Shown here one piece after another: positions 42,339 to 50,386 of a DNA stretch of 64,000 nt. Every line of letters starts with the position of its first letter. Within the stretch, counting starts at the first letter, position 1. The notes beneath the pieces are model-generated. The model was not told the DNA's origin, searched no databases, and was given only the letters and a program-made list of their open reading frames with translations. The translations under genes were made by a program, and so were the position numbers. This DNA is from Gammaproteobacteria bacterium (GTDB taxonomy: Bacteria > Pseudomonadota > Gammaproteobacteria > Steroidobacterales > Foliamicaceae), in contig OY762064.1 in NCBI GenBank assembly GCA_963665145.1, positions 194,403-258,402 of the forward strand. Reading direction: 5' to 3'.

Positions 42339-43754
42339 GTGGAACGCAGGGAAACGCTGCAGAACGGTACCGGCGGCAACGGTATCGCAAGAGGCAAAGG
42401 CGGAGCGACGCTCCCGCTGCGAACCCGGCTGGGCTGGGGTCTCGGCTCCATGCCGATCACCATTCTGAATCTGTCGTCAAACGTCCTGTTGCTGCGTTAC
42501 ATGACGGACTCGCTCGGGATTGCAGCGTCCGTCGCAGCGCTGATCTTTGCCGGAGCGAAGGTCTGGGATGCGGTCAGCGACCCGTTGATGGGCGCATTCT
42601 CGGATCGTGTTTCCACGCGGTGGGGCCGCAGGCTGCCATGGTTGGCAACGGGTGGATTGCTTTGCGTGGTGGCCGTTGTGGCGCTGTACACGACCCCCGA
42701 TCTGAGCGGGACGCCACTGCTCGTATACCTGGCGGCCATGCTGCTGGTGTTTGCCACGGCCTACACCATGTTCAATATCCCCTACATCGCCATGGCGGTG
42801 GAACTAACCCCCAGTTATCACGAGCGCACCCAGCTCATGTCCTTCCGGGTCGTGTTTTCCTCTTGCGGCTCGTTGATCGGCCTGACTCTGGCTCCCGTTC
42901 TGCTGGCATGGTGGGGAGCCACCCGGGCAGGTCACGCCAGGATGTCCTGGGTGCTGGCGGGATTTGCGGTAGTGTCGCTGCTGGCGTGCGTATGGTCGCT
43001 GCGCAACGCCCCACAGACACATCAACAACTGCAACAGCCGCCGCTCAAGCAGCAACTGCGTTCGGCGCTGGAGAACGTTCCTTTCCTGTGGCTGTTGGCG
43101 GCGAAGATGGTGTACTTCCTGGCGCTGGCACTCTCCGTTTCCACCCTCGCCTACTTTACGAAGCATGTATTGCAGGTTTCCGACGAGTTTCTCGGCCTTT
43201 TCCTTGGTTTTCAGAGTCTGGTGCTCATCGCCTCTCAACCCCTCTGGCTGGGCGTCGCACGCCGATGGGGAAAGAGGAACGGCTACATCATCGCCGCGGC
43301 GCTCTATGGCGTTGCGCACTTTTCCTGGTGGTTTGCCGAACCCGGTGAACCTGTCAGCCTGGTTCTCCTGCGCGGGCTCTTCATTGGCGTTGCCGGTGGC
43401 GGAACCTTTCTGCTGACGCAGGCGATGCTGCCCGACGCACTGGAATATGACTATCTTAGAACGGGCCTGCGACGCGAGGGGTCATTTACGGGGCTCTATG
43501 TGCTTGTCGAAAAGCTGTCCGGCGCTCTCGGAGTCGCGTTTATCGGCCTTTTTCTTGGCGCCATGGGCTATATCGAAGCGACCGAGGGAGAAAGGATCGA
43601 GCAGTCCGAAAGCGCGCTGCTCGGGCTGTATGTCTGCATCGGAGTCCTGCCGCTCGTGCTGCAGGCGATCAGCATAGCTGCCATATCCCGCTACGGCCTC
43701 GGCGAGCATGAGCTGGAGAGCTTGCGGTCCGCCGCAAGAGATCGACACAGATGA
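42339..43754 (+). CDS. MFS transporter, glycoside-pentoside-hexuronide (GPH/MelB-like) family
   Basis: 'GWGLGSMPITILN' and 'KVWDAVSDPLMGAFSDRVSTRWGRRLPW' are GPH signature regions, followed by 12 predicted hydrophobic spans. Start placed at GTG 42339, just after the upstream stop; the track ORF starts at 42288. Confidence 0.8.
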   Translation: MERRETLQNGTGGNGIARGKGGATLPLRTRLGWGLGSMPITILNLSSNVLLLRYMTDSLGIAASVAALIFAGAKVWDAVSDPLMGAFSDRVSTRWGRRLPWLATGGLLCVVAVVALYTTPDLSGTPLLVYLAAMLLVFATAYTMFNIPYIAMAVELTPSYHERTQLMSFRVVFSSCGSLIGLTLAPVLLAWWGATRAGHARMSWVLAGFAVVSLLACVWSLRNAPQTHQQLQQPPLKQQLRSALENVPFLWLLAAKMVYFLALALSVSTLAYFTKHVLQVSDEFLGLFLGFQSLVLIASQPLWLGVARRWGKRNGYIIAAALYGVAHFSWWFAEPGEPVSLVLLRGLFIGVAGGGTFLLTQAMLPDALEYDYLRTGLRREGSFTGLYVLVEKLSGALGVAFIGLFLGAMGYIEATEGERIEQSESALLGLYVCIGVLPLVLQAISIAAISRYGLGEHELESLRSAARDRHR

Positions 43755-44584
43755 ACGAACATCCCCTCAACCCGATTACCACGCAGCACCGGAACACTTA
43801 TCGGAGGGATGGCGTGGTTTGCCTTCGGCAAGTGTTCGATCGGCAATGGGTCGAGCAATTGAAGCTGGGCGTGGACCGGCTATTGCAGGATCCGGCCGGA
43901 TACGGCGTGCCTGGACCGTCGCACGGCGCCTCGATGGCTTCGGTCTGCTTCATGTGGCGCCAACCGGGCGTATTCCGGGATTTCGTCTTGAATTCGCCCG
44001 CCGGAGAGATTGTGGGCCGGGTCATCGGGGCGGACACGATCCGCGCCTATCACGACCACCTGTTCCACAAGCCTCCCGGTTCGACCAAGGTGATGGTCTG
44101 GCACTGCGACGAGACCGCATGGCCGGTTACGGGCGAGATGGCCCCCAACATCTGGGTTGCGTTGACCCCAGTGGACCGGCAGAACGGGCGCGTGGAATAT
44201 ATCGCGGGATTTCATCGGCACTGCGTGGAAAACAACCTGCATTTCGGGTTCTCTCCCGACCAGGCCGCCGGGCTCTGTCCCGACTTCGAGATGGAGCGGG
44301 ACAACCCGGACTTTCCGTTCCGTTTCGTCTCCTTCGACATGGAACCGGGCGACGCGGTCGTCATTCACCCGTCAACGCCCCATTTCTCCAGGGGGAACGA
44401 CTCGGAGACCATGCCCCGCACCGGATTGGCGGTGCGCGTCTTTGGCGACGACGTGCGCTGGTATCCGGCCGCCTACAAGGCCACCATCCCCGGCGTCGAC
44501 GCCCTTCCGGAAGGCGAAGCGCCCTCGGGCAGGTTCTTCCCGGTTATCTGGCAACGCGAAATTACCAAGGACATCGAGGCCTGA
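43751..44584 (+). CDS. phytanoyl-CoA dioxygenase (PhyH) family Fe(II)/2-oxoglutarate oxygenase
   Basis: ATGA overlap with the transporter gene. 'YRRDGVVCLRQVF' is the N-terminal block. 'VWHCDETAW' (HxD) and 'VVIHPSTPH' supply facial-triad candidates. Confidence 0.8.
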   Translation: MNEHPLNPITTQHRNTYRRDGVVCLRQVFDRQWVEQLKLGVDRLLQDPAGYGVPGPSHGASMASVCFMWRQPGVFRDFVLNSPAGEIVGRVIGADTIRAYHDHLFHKPPGSTKVMVWHCDETAWPVTGEMAPNIWVALTPVDRQNGRVEYIAGFHRHCVENNLHFGFSPDQAAGLCPDFEMERDNPDFPFRFVSFDMEPGDAVVIHPSTPHFSRGNDSETMPRTGLAVRVFGDDVRWYPAAYKATIPGVDALPEGEAPSGRFFPVIWQREITKDIEA

Positions 44585-44667
44585 AAACAAACTTCGTGAG
44601 TACTGTTTTCCGCACAAGTGCACCTTCGGCGTTCGAGGCACCTTCCGGTTCTGATGATCGGTCGGGG

Positions 44668-46146
44668 TTACGAAGTGGCGACCTGGTAGCGGCGCAGCGT
44701 CAGGAACGGAATGAGGATCGCACCGATCAGCAGTACCAGCATCCCGAGCAGGGACGGCAGCAGGCGCGTCAGCACTGTGCCGAACGGCTCCTCCCGAAAC
44801 TCAAACGCCGGGAACTGGTCATAGTCCGCGGGCTTGAGCGGGTAGCGCTGGAGGAACTTCACGGTGAAATACTCGCCCCATTCCTCGTGAAAGACGTAGG
44901 CCTGGTTGAGGAAGTGCTCATACCGGTTTGCGCTTGTTCCGGAGATTTCATTCAGCGCCAACTGCATCATGATCGCGGGCGAGATGAACTGGAACCGCTG
45001 CACCAGGCTCTCCTGGCGGTTTAATTGCGCCTGGAACTCGTCGTAAAGCGGGCGCACCGCCTTTTCGATCGCATTACGGTTGGACATAGCAACGGTTAGG
45101 AAATCCAGCGCCCGCTCGTCGCCCTCCGGCACGAATTCGAGGTGGTCGTAGTAGTACTCGTCCAGCCGGGCCATGTAGTTCTTTTCGGCTGCCGTCTGCG
45201 CCTCTCGTGCCGCGGTGGTCAGTTCCATGCGCGACGGCGCCGGATAGATGGTGGTGGCCAGCAGGCTTACCAGCGTGGGCACGACCACCACCAGGGCCAG
45301 CCAGGTTCCCGCCAGCGCGATGCCGTTGGCTGCCGAGTTCCTGCCGTACACATTGACCAGCACCGACATGGCAAACCAGAAGAGCGTGTACACCAGCGTC
45401 GCCGACATCCACAGGCCGAAGCGTGCCCAGGTATCGGCCGCGCCCAGGTTGGTAGCCACGGCGAACAGCGCCAGCAGCCCCAATAACAGAACGCCCGCAA
45501 GCAGGACGCCGGCGCGCGCAACGATCTTTGACGCCATCAGTTCCTTGAGCGAGATCGGGTGCGCCAGGATCATCGCCAGCGTTCCCCTTTCCTTCTCGCC
45601 GGACAGCAGGTCGTAGCTGATCGCCAGAACGAATATGGGCAGCAGAAAGATCACCACGAACGCGATGTCGAAGGCCCCGGTCATGAGATTGACGGGGTTC
45701 TCCAGCTCGTTGTCTTTGGTGATGTTCATCGTCGGGTTCATCGACACCGGAACGTAATTGAGCTGAATGTCGCTTTGACCGATCGAAAACGAGGCCAGAC
45801 CGGTAGGAGGCATCGTGAGGTACTTGGACGTCTCGGCGCCGACGGCCCCGGCGTTGGTGCCCTGGGGAGGCCCCGCTCCCGGGGCGTGCCGCGCGGAGGC
45901 GAACTGGTATTCCCCGCCCTCCGACAGAACCTGTGCTTCGTATCGTTCCGTATCTGCCCGCATCCTGGCGCGGCGGCTGTCCTCGAACGCAATCGCTGCG
46001 TTTGCACCTTCGACCTGGCGGTCGATGGAACGCTGGCCGGACCAGGCGGCGAACGCGATCGCTCCGGCAATCAGGACAAGCAACGAGCGGAAAGCCCTTG
46101 AACGGAAGAGTTGCCGCGTCTCGTGGGAAATAATGATTCGTTTCAT
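44668..46146 (-). CDS. ABC-2-type transporter permease (DUF3526-like large permease), copy 2
   Basis: Start at ATG 46146 overlaps the upstream stop (ATGA). An N-terminal TM is followed by a large loop and a C-terminal cluster of 5 TM segments. Confidence 0.75.
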   Translation of the reverse strand: MKRIIISHETRQLFRSRAFRSLLVLIAGAIAFAAWSGQRSIDRQVEGANAAIAFEDSRRARMRADTERYEAQVLSEGGEYQFASARHAPGAGPPQGTNAGAVGAETSKYLTMPPTGLASFSIGQSDIQLNYVPVSMNPTMNITKDNELENPVNLMTGAFDIAFVVIFLLPIFVLAISYDLLSGEKERGTLAMILAHPISLKELMASKIVARAGVLLAGVLLLGLLALFAVATNLGAADTWARFGLWMSATLVYTLFWFAMSVLVNVYGRNSAANGIALAGTWLALVVVVPTLVSLLATTIYPAPSRMELTTAAREAQTAAEKNYMARLDEYYYDHLEFVPEGDERALDFLTVAMSNRNAIEKAVRPLYDEFQAQLNRQESLVQRFQFISPAIMMQLALNEISGTSANRYEHFLNQAYVFHEEWGEYFTVKFLQRYPLKPADYDQFPAFEFREEPFGTVLTRLLPSLLGMLVLLIGAILIPFLTLRRYQVATS

Positions 46147-47585
46147 CCGTCTTCCTCCACGCTCAGGCGGCGGACGGCCCACAACGCGAGGGCCACGGAA
46201 AATCCCAGCCAGAGCAGCAGAGCAATGAAGTTGCCGGCATGTTCGGAAAGGGTCGCGCCAAGTCCCTGCGACTCGAATTCGAACGGCGGCACCATTGCGA
46301 ACACCGCTTCATCCGCAACGAAAACGCCGCCCCCGGCGGCCGTGTTGAAACTTGCCGCGGCGGTGCCGAGGTAATCGTTGACCTTGAGCACCATTTCCCG
46401 ACGGTAGGCCTCGGCCGCGTCGGCGAAGTGGATGTGCCGGATCAGGTCGGTGCCGGCCAGGGCCATCGAAAGTGACCGCAACGGGAGGGTTGGGGCTACG
46501 ATGCCGACCCGGTCCTGCAGCCTTCGCTGGTTCATATAGGAGTCGCGCAGCCGACCGTAGTGCTCTTCAAAGACGGGGAAATCGTATTCCTCGAATTTCT
46601 GCAGGCGCAGCGCGCCGACATACACCGGAAGCTCGGCCACCGAGGACGCTCCATATTGGGCGAATATTTCCGCTGCCTCCTGCTCGAAGCGGACGAAGGG
46701 TGGAATTCCGTTGAATCCGCGCATTTGATGCGAGCGCATGTCCGCCATCCATTTTCCGAAGGCGGGTGTCGGATGGACCGACTTGGAAATCTCCACTGCG
46801 GCTTTCGGTGCCAGGAATCCCGCGAACGCCCAGAAACCCACCAGGATCATCAGGGCCGTGCGGGCGGTCTTCGCCCAGGCCGACACCGCCAGCGTGAGGA
46901 ACAGGAATATGGCCCCGTAGAGCAGATAGGATGCCGATATCAGTGCGACCCGCGCGCCCGGCGATTCATTGTCGGCCGACAGGTCGGCCAGGGACAGCGC
47001 AACGCCACCTGCCAGCGCGCAAAGCCCGACAACCAGGAAAACCGCGAAGCCGATTCCCAGGGCCTTGCCCCACAGTAGCTGGCGGTTGCTTACGCCCATG
47101 CTCATTACCTGTCGGAGCGTTCCGCTCTCGCGCTCGCCGGAAAAGGCCGTGAAGCCGAGAAAGATGATCAGCAGCGGCATCAAAAGCTGCAGGATCATGG
47201 CCCCGCTCAGGTCTCCAAATCGCCCGATGGAACTCTGGTCGGTTGCCGGCCGGCCGACCGCGAAGTTTTGCTTGTGCGCTTCCATGAACAGCGCGGTGCC
47301 GGCGTAGCTGTTGATGCCGCTGTCGAAGAACGCCAGGGGGCCTGCGGGTTTGAAGGCGTAGTTGCCGTAGTGGGCCCCGGAGTGCGGGTTCTTGTCGCCC
47401 TGGTTGAGCCATTGGGCGTTGGTCTGGTCCTGTGACAGCCGCTGGGTGTCCATATGGGCGCTGTATTTCTGGTACCCGGCGGCCAGGGCGGTCAGCAGCA
47501 ACAGGGCCATGATCCCGGCGGTCCATTTGAACCGCCCGTCGCGCACGATTTCGGAGAATTCCTTGCGAGCAATGGAAGCGATCAT
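46143..47585 (-). CDS. ABC-2-type transporter permease (DUF3526-like large permease), copy 1
   Basis: 480 aa. 'MIASIARKEFSEIVRDGRF' is a typical ABC-2 permease N-terminus. Same architecture as the downstream paralog. Confidence 0.75.
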   Translation of the reverse strand: MIASIARKEFSEIVRDGRFKWTAGIMALLLLTALAAGYQKYSAHMDTQRLSQDQTNAQWLNQGDKNPHSGAHYGNYAFKPAGPLAFFDSGINSYAGTALFMEAHKQNFAVGRPATDQSSIGRFGDLSGAMILQLLMPLLIIFLGFTAFSGERESGTLRQVMSMGVSNRQLLWGKALGIGFAVFLVVGLCALAGGVALSLADLSADNESPGARVALISASYLLYGAIFLFLTLAVSAWAKTARTALMILVGFWAFAGFLAPKAAVEISKSVHPTPAFGKWMADMRSHQMRGFNGIPPFVRFEQEAAEIFAQYGASSVAELPVYVGALRLQKFEEYDFPVFEEHYGRLRDSYMNQRRLQDRVGIVAPTLPLRSLSMALAGTDLIRHIHFADAAEAYRREMVLKVNDYLGTAAASFNTAAGGGVFVADEAVFAMVPPFEFESQGLGATLSEHAGNFIALLLWLGFSVALALWAVRRLSVEEDG

Positions 47586-47601
47586 AAGCTTTTCCTCTGA
47601 T

Positions 47602-48339
47602 TCAGGCGGAACCGGCGCCCTCCTGCGCGTAGTGTCCGCCGGCGTGCATGTGCTGGAGATAGATTTTCTCCACGTCGGCGTGAGAAACCTCGTCGGTGCT
47701 CAGTTCACCCACCAAACGTCCCTCTCTCATGATTCCGATACGTGTCCCTGTTTCCTTGGCGCGAAAGAGGTCATGCGTGGCCATCAGGATTGCGGCACCA
47801 TCGGACTTGAGTTTCAGCAGCAATTCGGAGAACTCATTGCTGGCCTTGGGATCCAGTCCCGCAGTCGGCTCGTCAAGGAGAAGCGCCCTGGCCTGCTTGG
47901 CAAGGGCGATGGCCACGCCGACTTTCTGGCGCATACCCTTCGAATAGGTCTTGACGCGCCGACTTATCGCTTCGGGCTGCAGCCCGACCTGGTGCAGAAA
48001 CTCGCGATATTCCTCCTGGGAATAGTCGTGACCGCCCAGTTGCGCGAAATAACGCAGGTTTTCCAGTGCAGTCAGGTTTCCGTACAGCATGACCTGCTCG
48101 GGAATGTAGGCGAGCAGTTTCTTGCTCTCCAGCGGCTCTTCGGTCACGTCCAGGCCGCACACCGTGGCAGTGCCGCCGTCCGGCTCGATAAAGTTGAGGA
48201 AGAGGCTGATGGTGGTGGTCTTGCCGGCGCCGTTGGCGCCGAGAAGGCAGTAGATGTCGCCCCCTTCCACGGTCATATCCAGGCCCTTGAGGGCTTCGAT
48301 GTCGCCGTAGCTCTTGGTAAGTTTCGTAGCTTGCAGCAA
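47602..48339 (-). CDS. ABC transporter ATP-binding protein
   Basis: TTG start with GGGGGAG 8 nt upstream. Walker A 'GANGAGKTT', signature 'YSKGMRQK', Walker B 'LLLDEPTAGLD'. Confidence 0.9.
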   Translation of the reverse strand: MLQATKLTKSYGDIEALKGLDMTVEGGDIYCLLGANGAGKTTTISLFLNFIEPDGGTATVCGLDVTEEPLESKKLLAYIPEQVMLYGNLTALENLRYFAQLGGHDYSQEEYREFLHQVGLQPEAISRRVKTYSKGMRQKVGVAIALAKQARALLLDEPTAGLDPKASNEFSELLLKLKSDGAAILMATHDLFRAKETGTRIGIMREGRLVGELSTDEVSHADVEKIYLQHMHAGGHYAQEGAGSA

Positions 48340-48484
48340 AGCGCTATCTCCCCCACGCGCTCCCGATTATAGAGTGTGCGCGGGCAGCCGCGATACGTCG
48401 CAGTGATTGCTTGCCTGGGCTTTCAAATCAATTGCAAAGCGCCCTTAACGCAAGCGCCCTGGCGAGCTCTTTCCTGAGCATCAA

Positions 48485-50170
48485 CTAATCGTCGTTCAGG
48501 CGTTGATGTCTTTGGTATTCATAGAGTGAGGGGACCGATTCGAGCGGTTCGTTGAGCATTTCGACATACGGCGTTGGCCGGTAATCCAGTTTGAATTGCC
48601 GATTGCCGTGCAGACCGACTATTCGGGCCATCGGTCCTTCATCGAGGCCCTGCACCGTGACGACTTCATCTGCGTATGCGCCACCCGTAACGAGTACGCG
48701 TAGATTCCAGGTGGTATTGAACCCGCCATGACCGGGCTGCCAGTAGCCGGCGCCACTTCCGTCAAACACTAAAACGACCGGCCCGTCGTTGCTTCTCACT
48801 GCCTGCATGTGCAGGGTTACGTTGTCGAACAGGTTTTGATGATTCGCACCGGCATGCTGGTCGAGCGTCGGGTTGACGAGAACCTCCGCGTTCCTGAAAA
48901 CGCATTTCGTTGATTGGGTGTTGAAAGACAAGGAATGCAGAACCGGATTCATGACCGTAATGTTCTCGGCCAACACGTTATGAACGTTGCCCATGTGAAC
49001 GGCGTAGTGAGCGCGCCGGGCGCCATCGGTAATTACGTCCTTGAAAGTCAGGTTCGCGCTGTTGTAGCTCAGGATGCCGCTATCGGCGTTGGTAATGCGA
49101 ATGTTCCTTGCCCAGGAATCGAACGAGCTTGTGAAGTAAATGCCGTTGTAGCCGCGCTCCATGTGGTGGCCGAAGAACGGAGAATCGGGAAACTGGAGTG
49201 TGAGGTCTTCGATTCCAACGTGCTGCAGGCCATCCCACGCGGCAAGCTGTGCAGGAATCGTGTCATTCGCATCATGCAGCAGCGAGTCGGCCAGCTGCAC
49301 GTTGCGGCCGTCGACCGATAGCACCCGGGATGTCTGGCGAACCAGGGGGCGCCCGGGAAACGACCAATGATGAGAGCCCGCGCTTTCATATTCCGTTTCG
49401 TAGAGGGACTTGATGATGCCGGCGTCGGGTCCCGTGCGGTTCATCCACTGCAACTGAATGATGTCGCCGGCGTCAATATCGGCTGTCGAGGAAAGCACGA
49501 TCGTCCGGGCGCCTCTTTCGCCAGTCTCAATGTCCGCCAGTTTTTCATTCTCCGGGTCGTATTCAACCAGGTACGGCGCTGCGCGTACGCCCGGCTTCTG
49601 AATCCAGATGAATCCACCGCTCCATGAATACTCGGAGAAATAGTCATCGAGATTCCTGTCCGGCTCTACCTGGCGCTTGTCGAGCTCAACCAGGTACTGT
49701 CTGAGTTCATCCAGTGACGAACTTCTGTCGACCTGGTCCAAAGGTCGGGGGAAGTGGAGAAGGGTACCGCCCGAGCCCGAGCCTGCGCCCTGCAAGACAA
49801 AATCCGGTCGTTCTATTCTCAGTACTTCCGAGATTACATATCGTCCGACCGAAAACCGGACGATCACGGGGCCGGCTATGCCATTTGCATGTGATATCGC
49901 AGCCAGAACTGCTTTTGTATCGTCTATTCCGTCGTTGGCGGACGCACCGAAATCATCAACCCTGACCACGGTACCCGATGCTTCCGGTATCGCGGGCAGG
50001 CCATTCCCGTACCCCGCAAAAGAAAAATCCGGGAGGTAATTGTCCCGCACTATTGTCTCTAGGGACAATATTGTGGGAAGCTCGCCCTTCGATTGACCCA
50101 CAACCAGGATTGGCGAGCAGAAAAGCATAAATGCCATGCCAATCTGTAAAAATGTTTTCTTATTTTTCAT
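48485..50170 (-). CDS. secreted right-handed beta-helix protein (pectate-lyase-superfamily / glycoside-hydrolase-like)
   Basis: Start at ATG 50170 gives the signal peptide 'MKNKKTFLQIGMAFMLFCSPILVVGQS'. 'VVRVDDFGASANDGIDDTKAVLAAI' is the N-terminal motif of Pectate_lyase_3-type proteins. Repetitive beta-helix-like 'N.T..N' coils follow. Confidence 0.7.
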   Translation of the reverse strand: MKNKKTFLQIGMAFMLFCSPILVVGQSKGELPTILSLETIVRDNYLPDFSFAGYGNGLPAIPEASGTVVRVDDFGASANDGIDDTKAVLAAISHANGIAGPVIVRFSVGRYVISEVLRIERPDFVLQGAGSGSGGTLLHFPRPLDQVDRSSSLDELRQYLVELDKRQVEPDRNLDDYFSEYSWSGGFIWIQKPGVRAAPYLVEYDPENEKLADIETGERGARTIVLSSTADIDAGDIIQLQWMNRTGPDAGIIKSLYETEYESAGSHHWSFPGRPLVRQTSRVLSVDGRNVQLADSLLHDANDTIPAQLAAWDGLQHVGIEDLTLQFPDSPFFGHHMERGYNGIYFTSSFDSWARNIRITNADSGILSYNSANLTFKDVITDGARRAHYAVHMGNVHNVLAENITVMNPVLHSLSFNTQSTKCVFRNAEVLVNPTLDQHAGANHQNLFDNVTLHMQAVRSNDGPVVLVFDGSGAGYWQPGHGGFNTTWNLRVLVTGGAYADEVVTVQGLDEGPMARIVGLHGNRQFKLDYRPTPYVEMLNEPLESVPSLYEYQRHQRLNDD

Positions 50171-50297
50171 GTATTTATTATCGCTATATGGTCTGCAGAG
50201 GTTTCTCATGGTTGTTCCCGAACAATACTACCAAGACAAAATCCGGGTGGCAAATGTCCATCGCTTCCTGCGAAAAAAGGTGTGAAGGTGGCACCTA

Positions 50298-50325
50298 TTG
50301 ACACCGGTGGAACTTGGAGTATGCT
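50298..50325 (+). promoter_or_regulatory. candidate sigma70 promoter for the second TonB-dependent receptor
   Basis: TTGACA (50298-50303), a 16-nt spacer, then TATGCT (50320-50325), about 60 nt upstream of GTG 50387. The spacer contains the palindrome CACCGGTG (50302-50309). Confidence 0.4.
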
Positions 50326-50386
50326 AGTCTTCGGTCGAATCAGACCATCCGTTTTGGGGTGAGAGAACTTACCGAGGAACAATACA

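Noticed and set aside
43708-45024. 438-aa plus-strand ORF
   Set aside because: It is out of frame with the PhyH gene and antisense to the ABC-2 permease. It has no motifs and extreme Arg/Gly/Pro content.
5611-50210. Possibility that the four AT-rich patches (5611-5670, 27861-27950, ~34600-34720, ~50130-50210) are copies of one inserted element
   Set aside because: By-eye comparison on both strands found no shared motif beyond AT-richness. Three of the four are in-frame coding sequence with sensible protein context.
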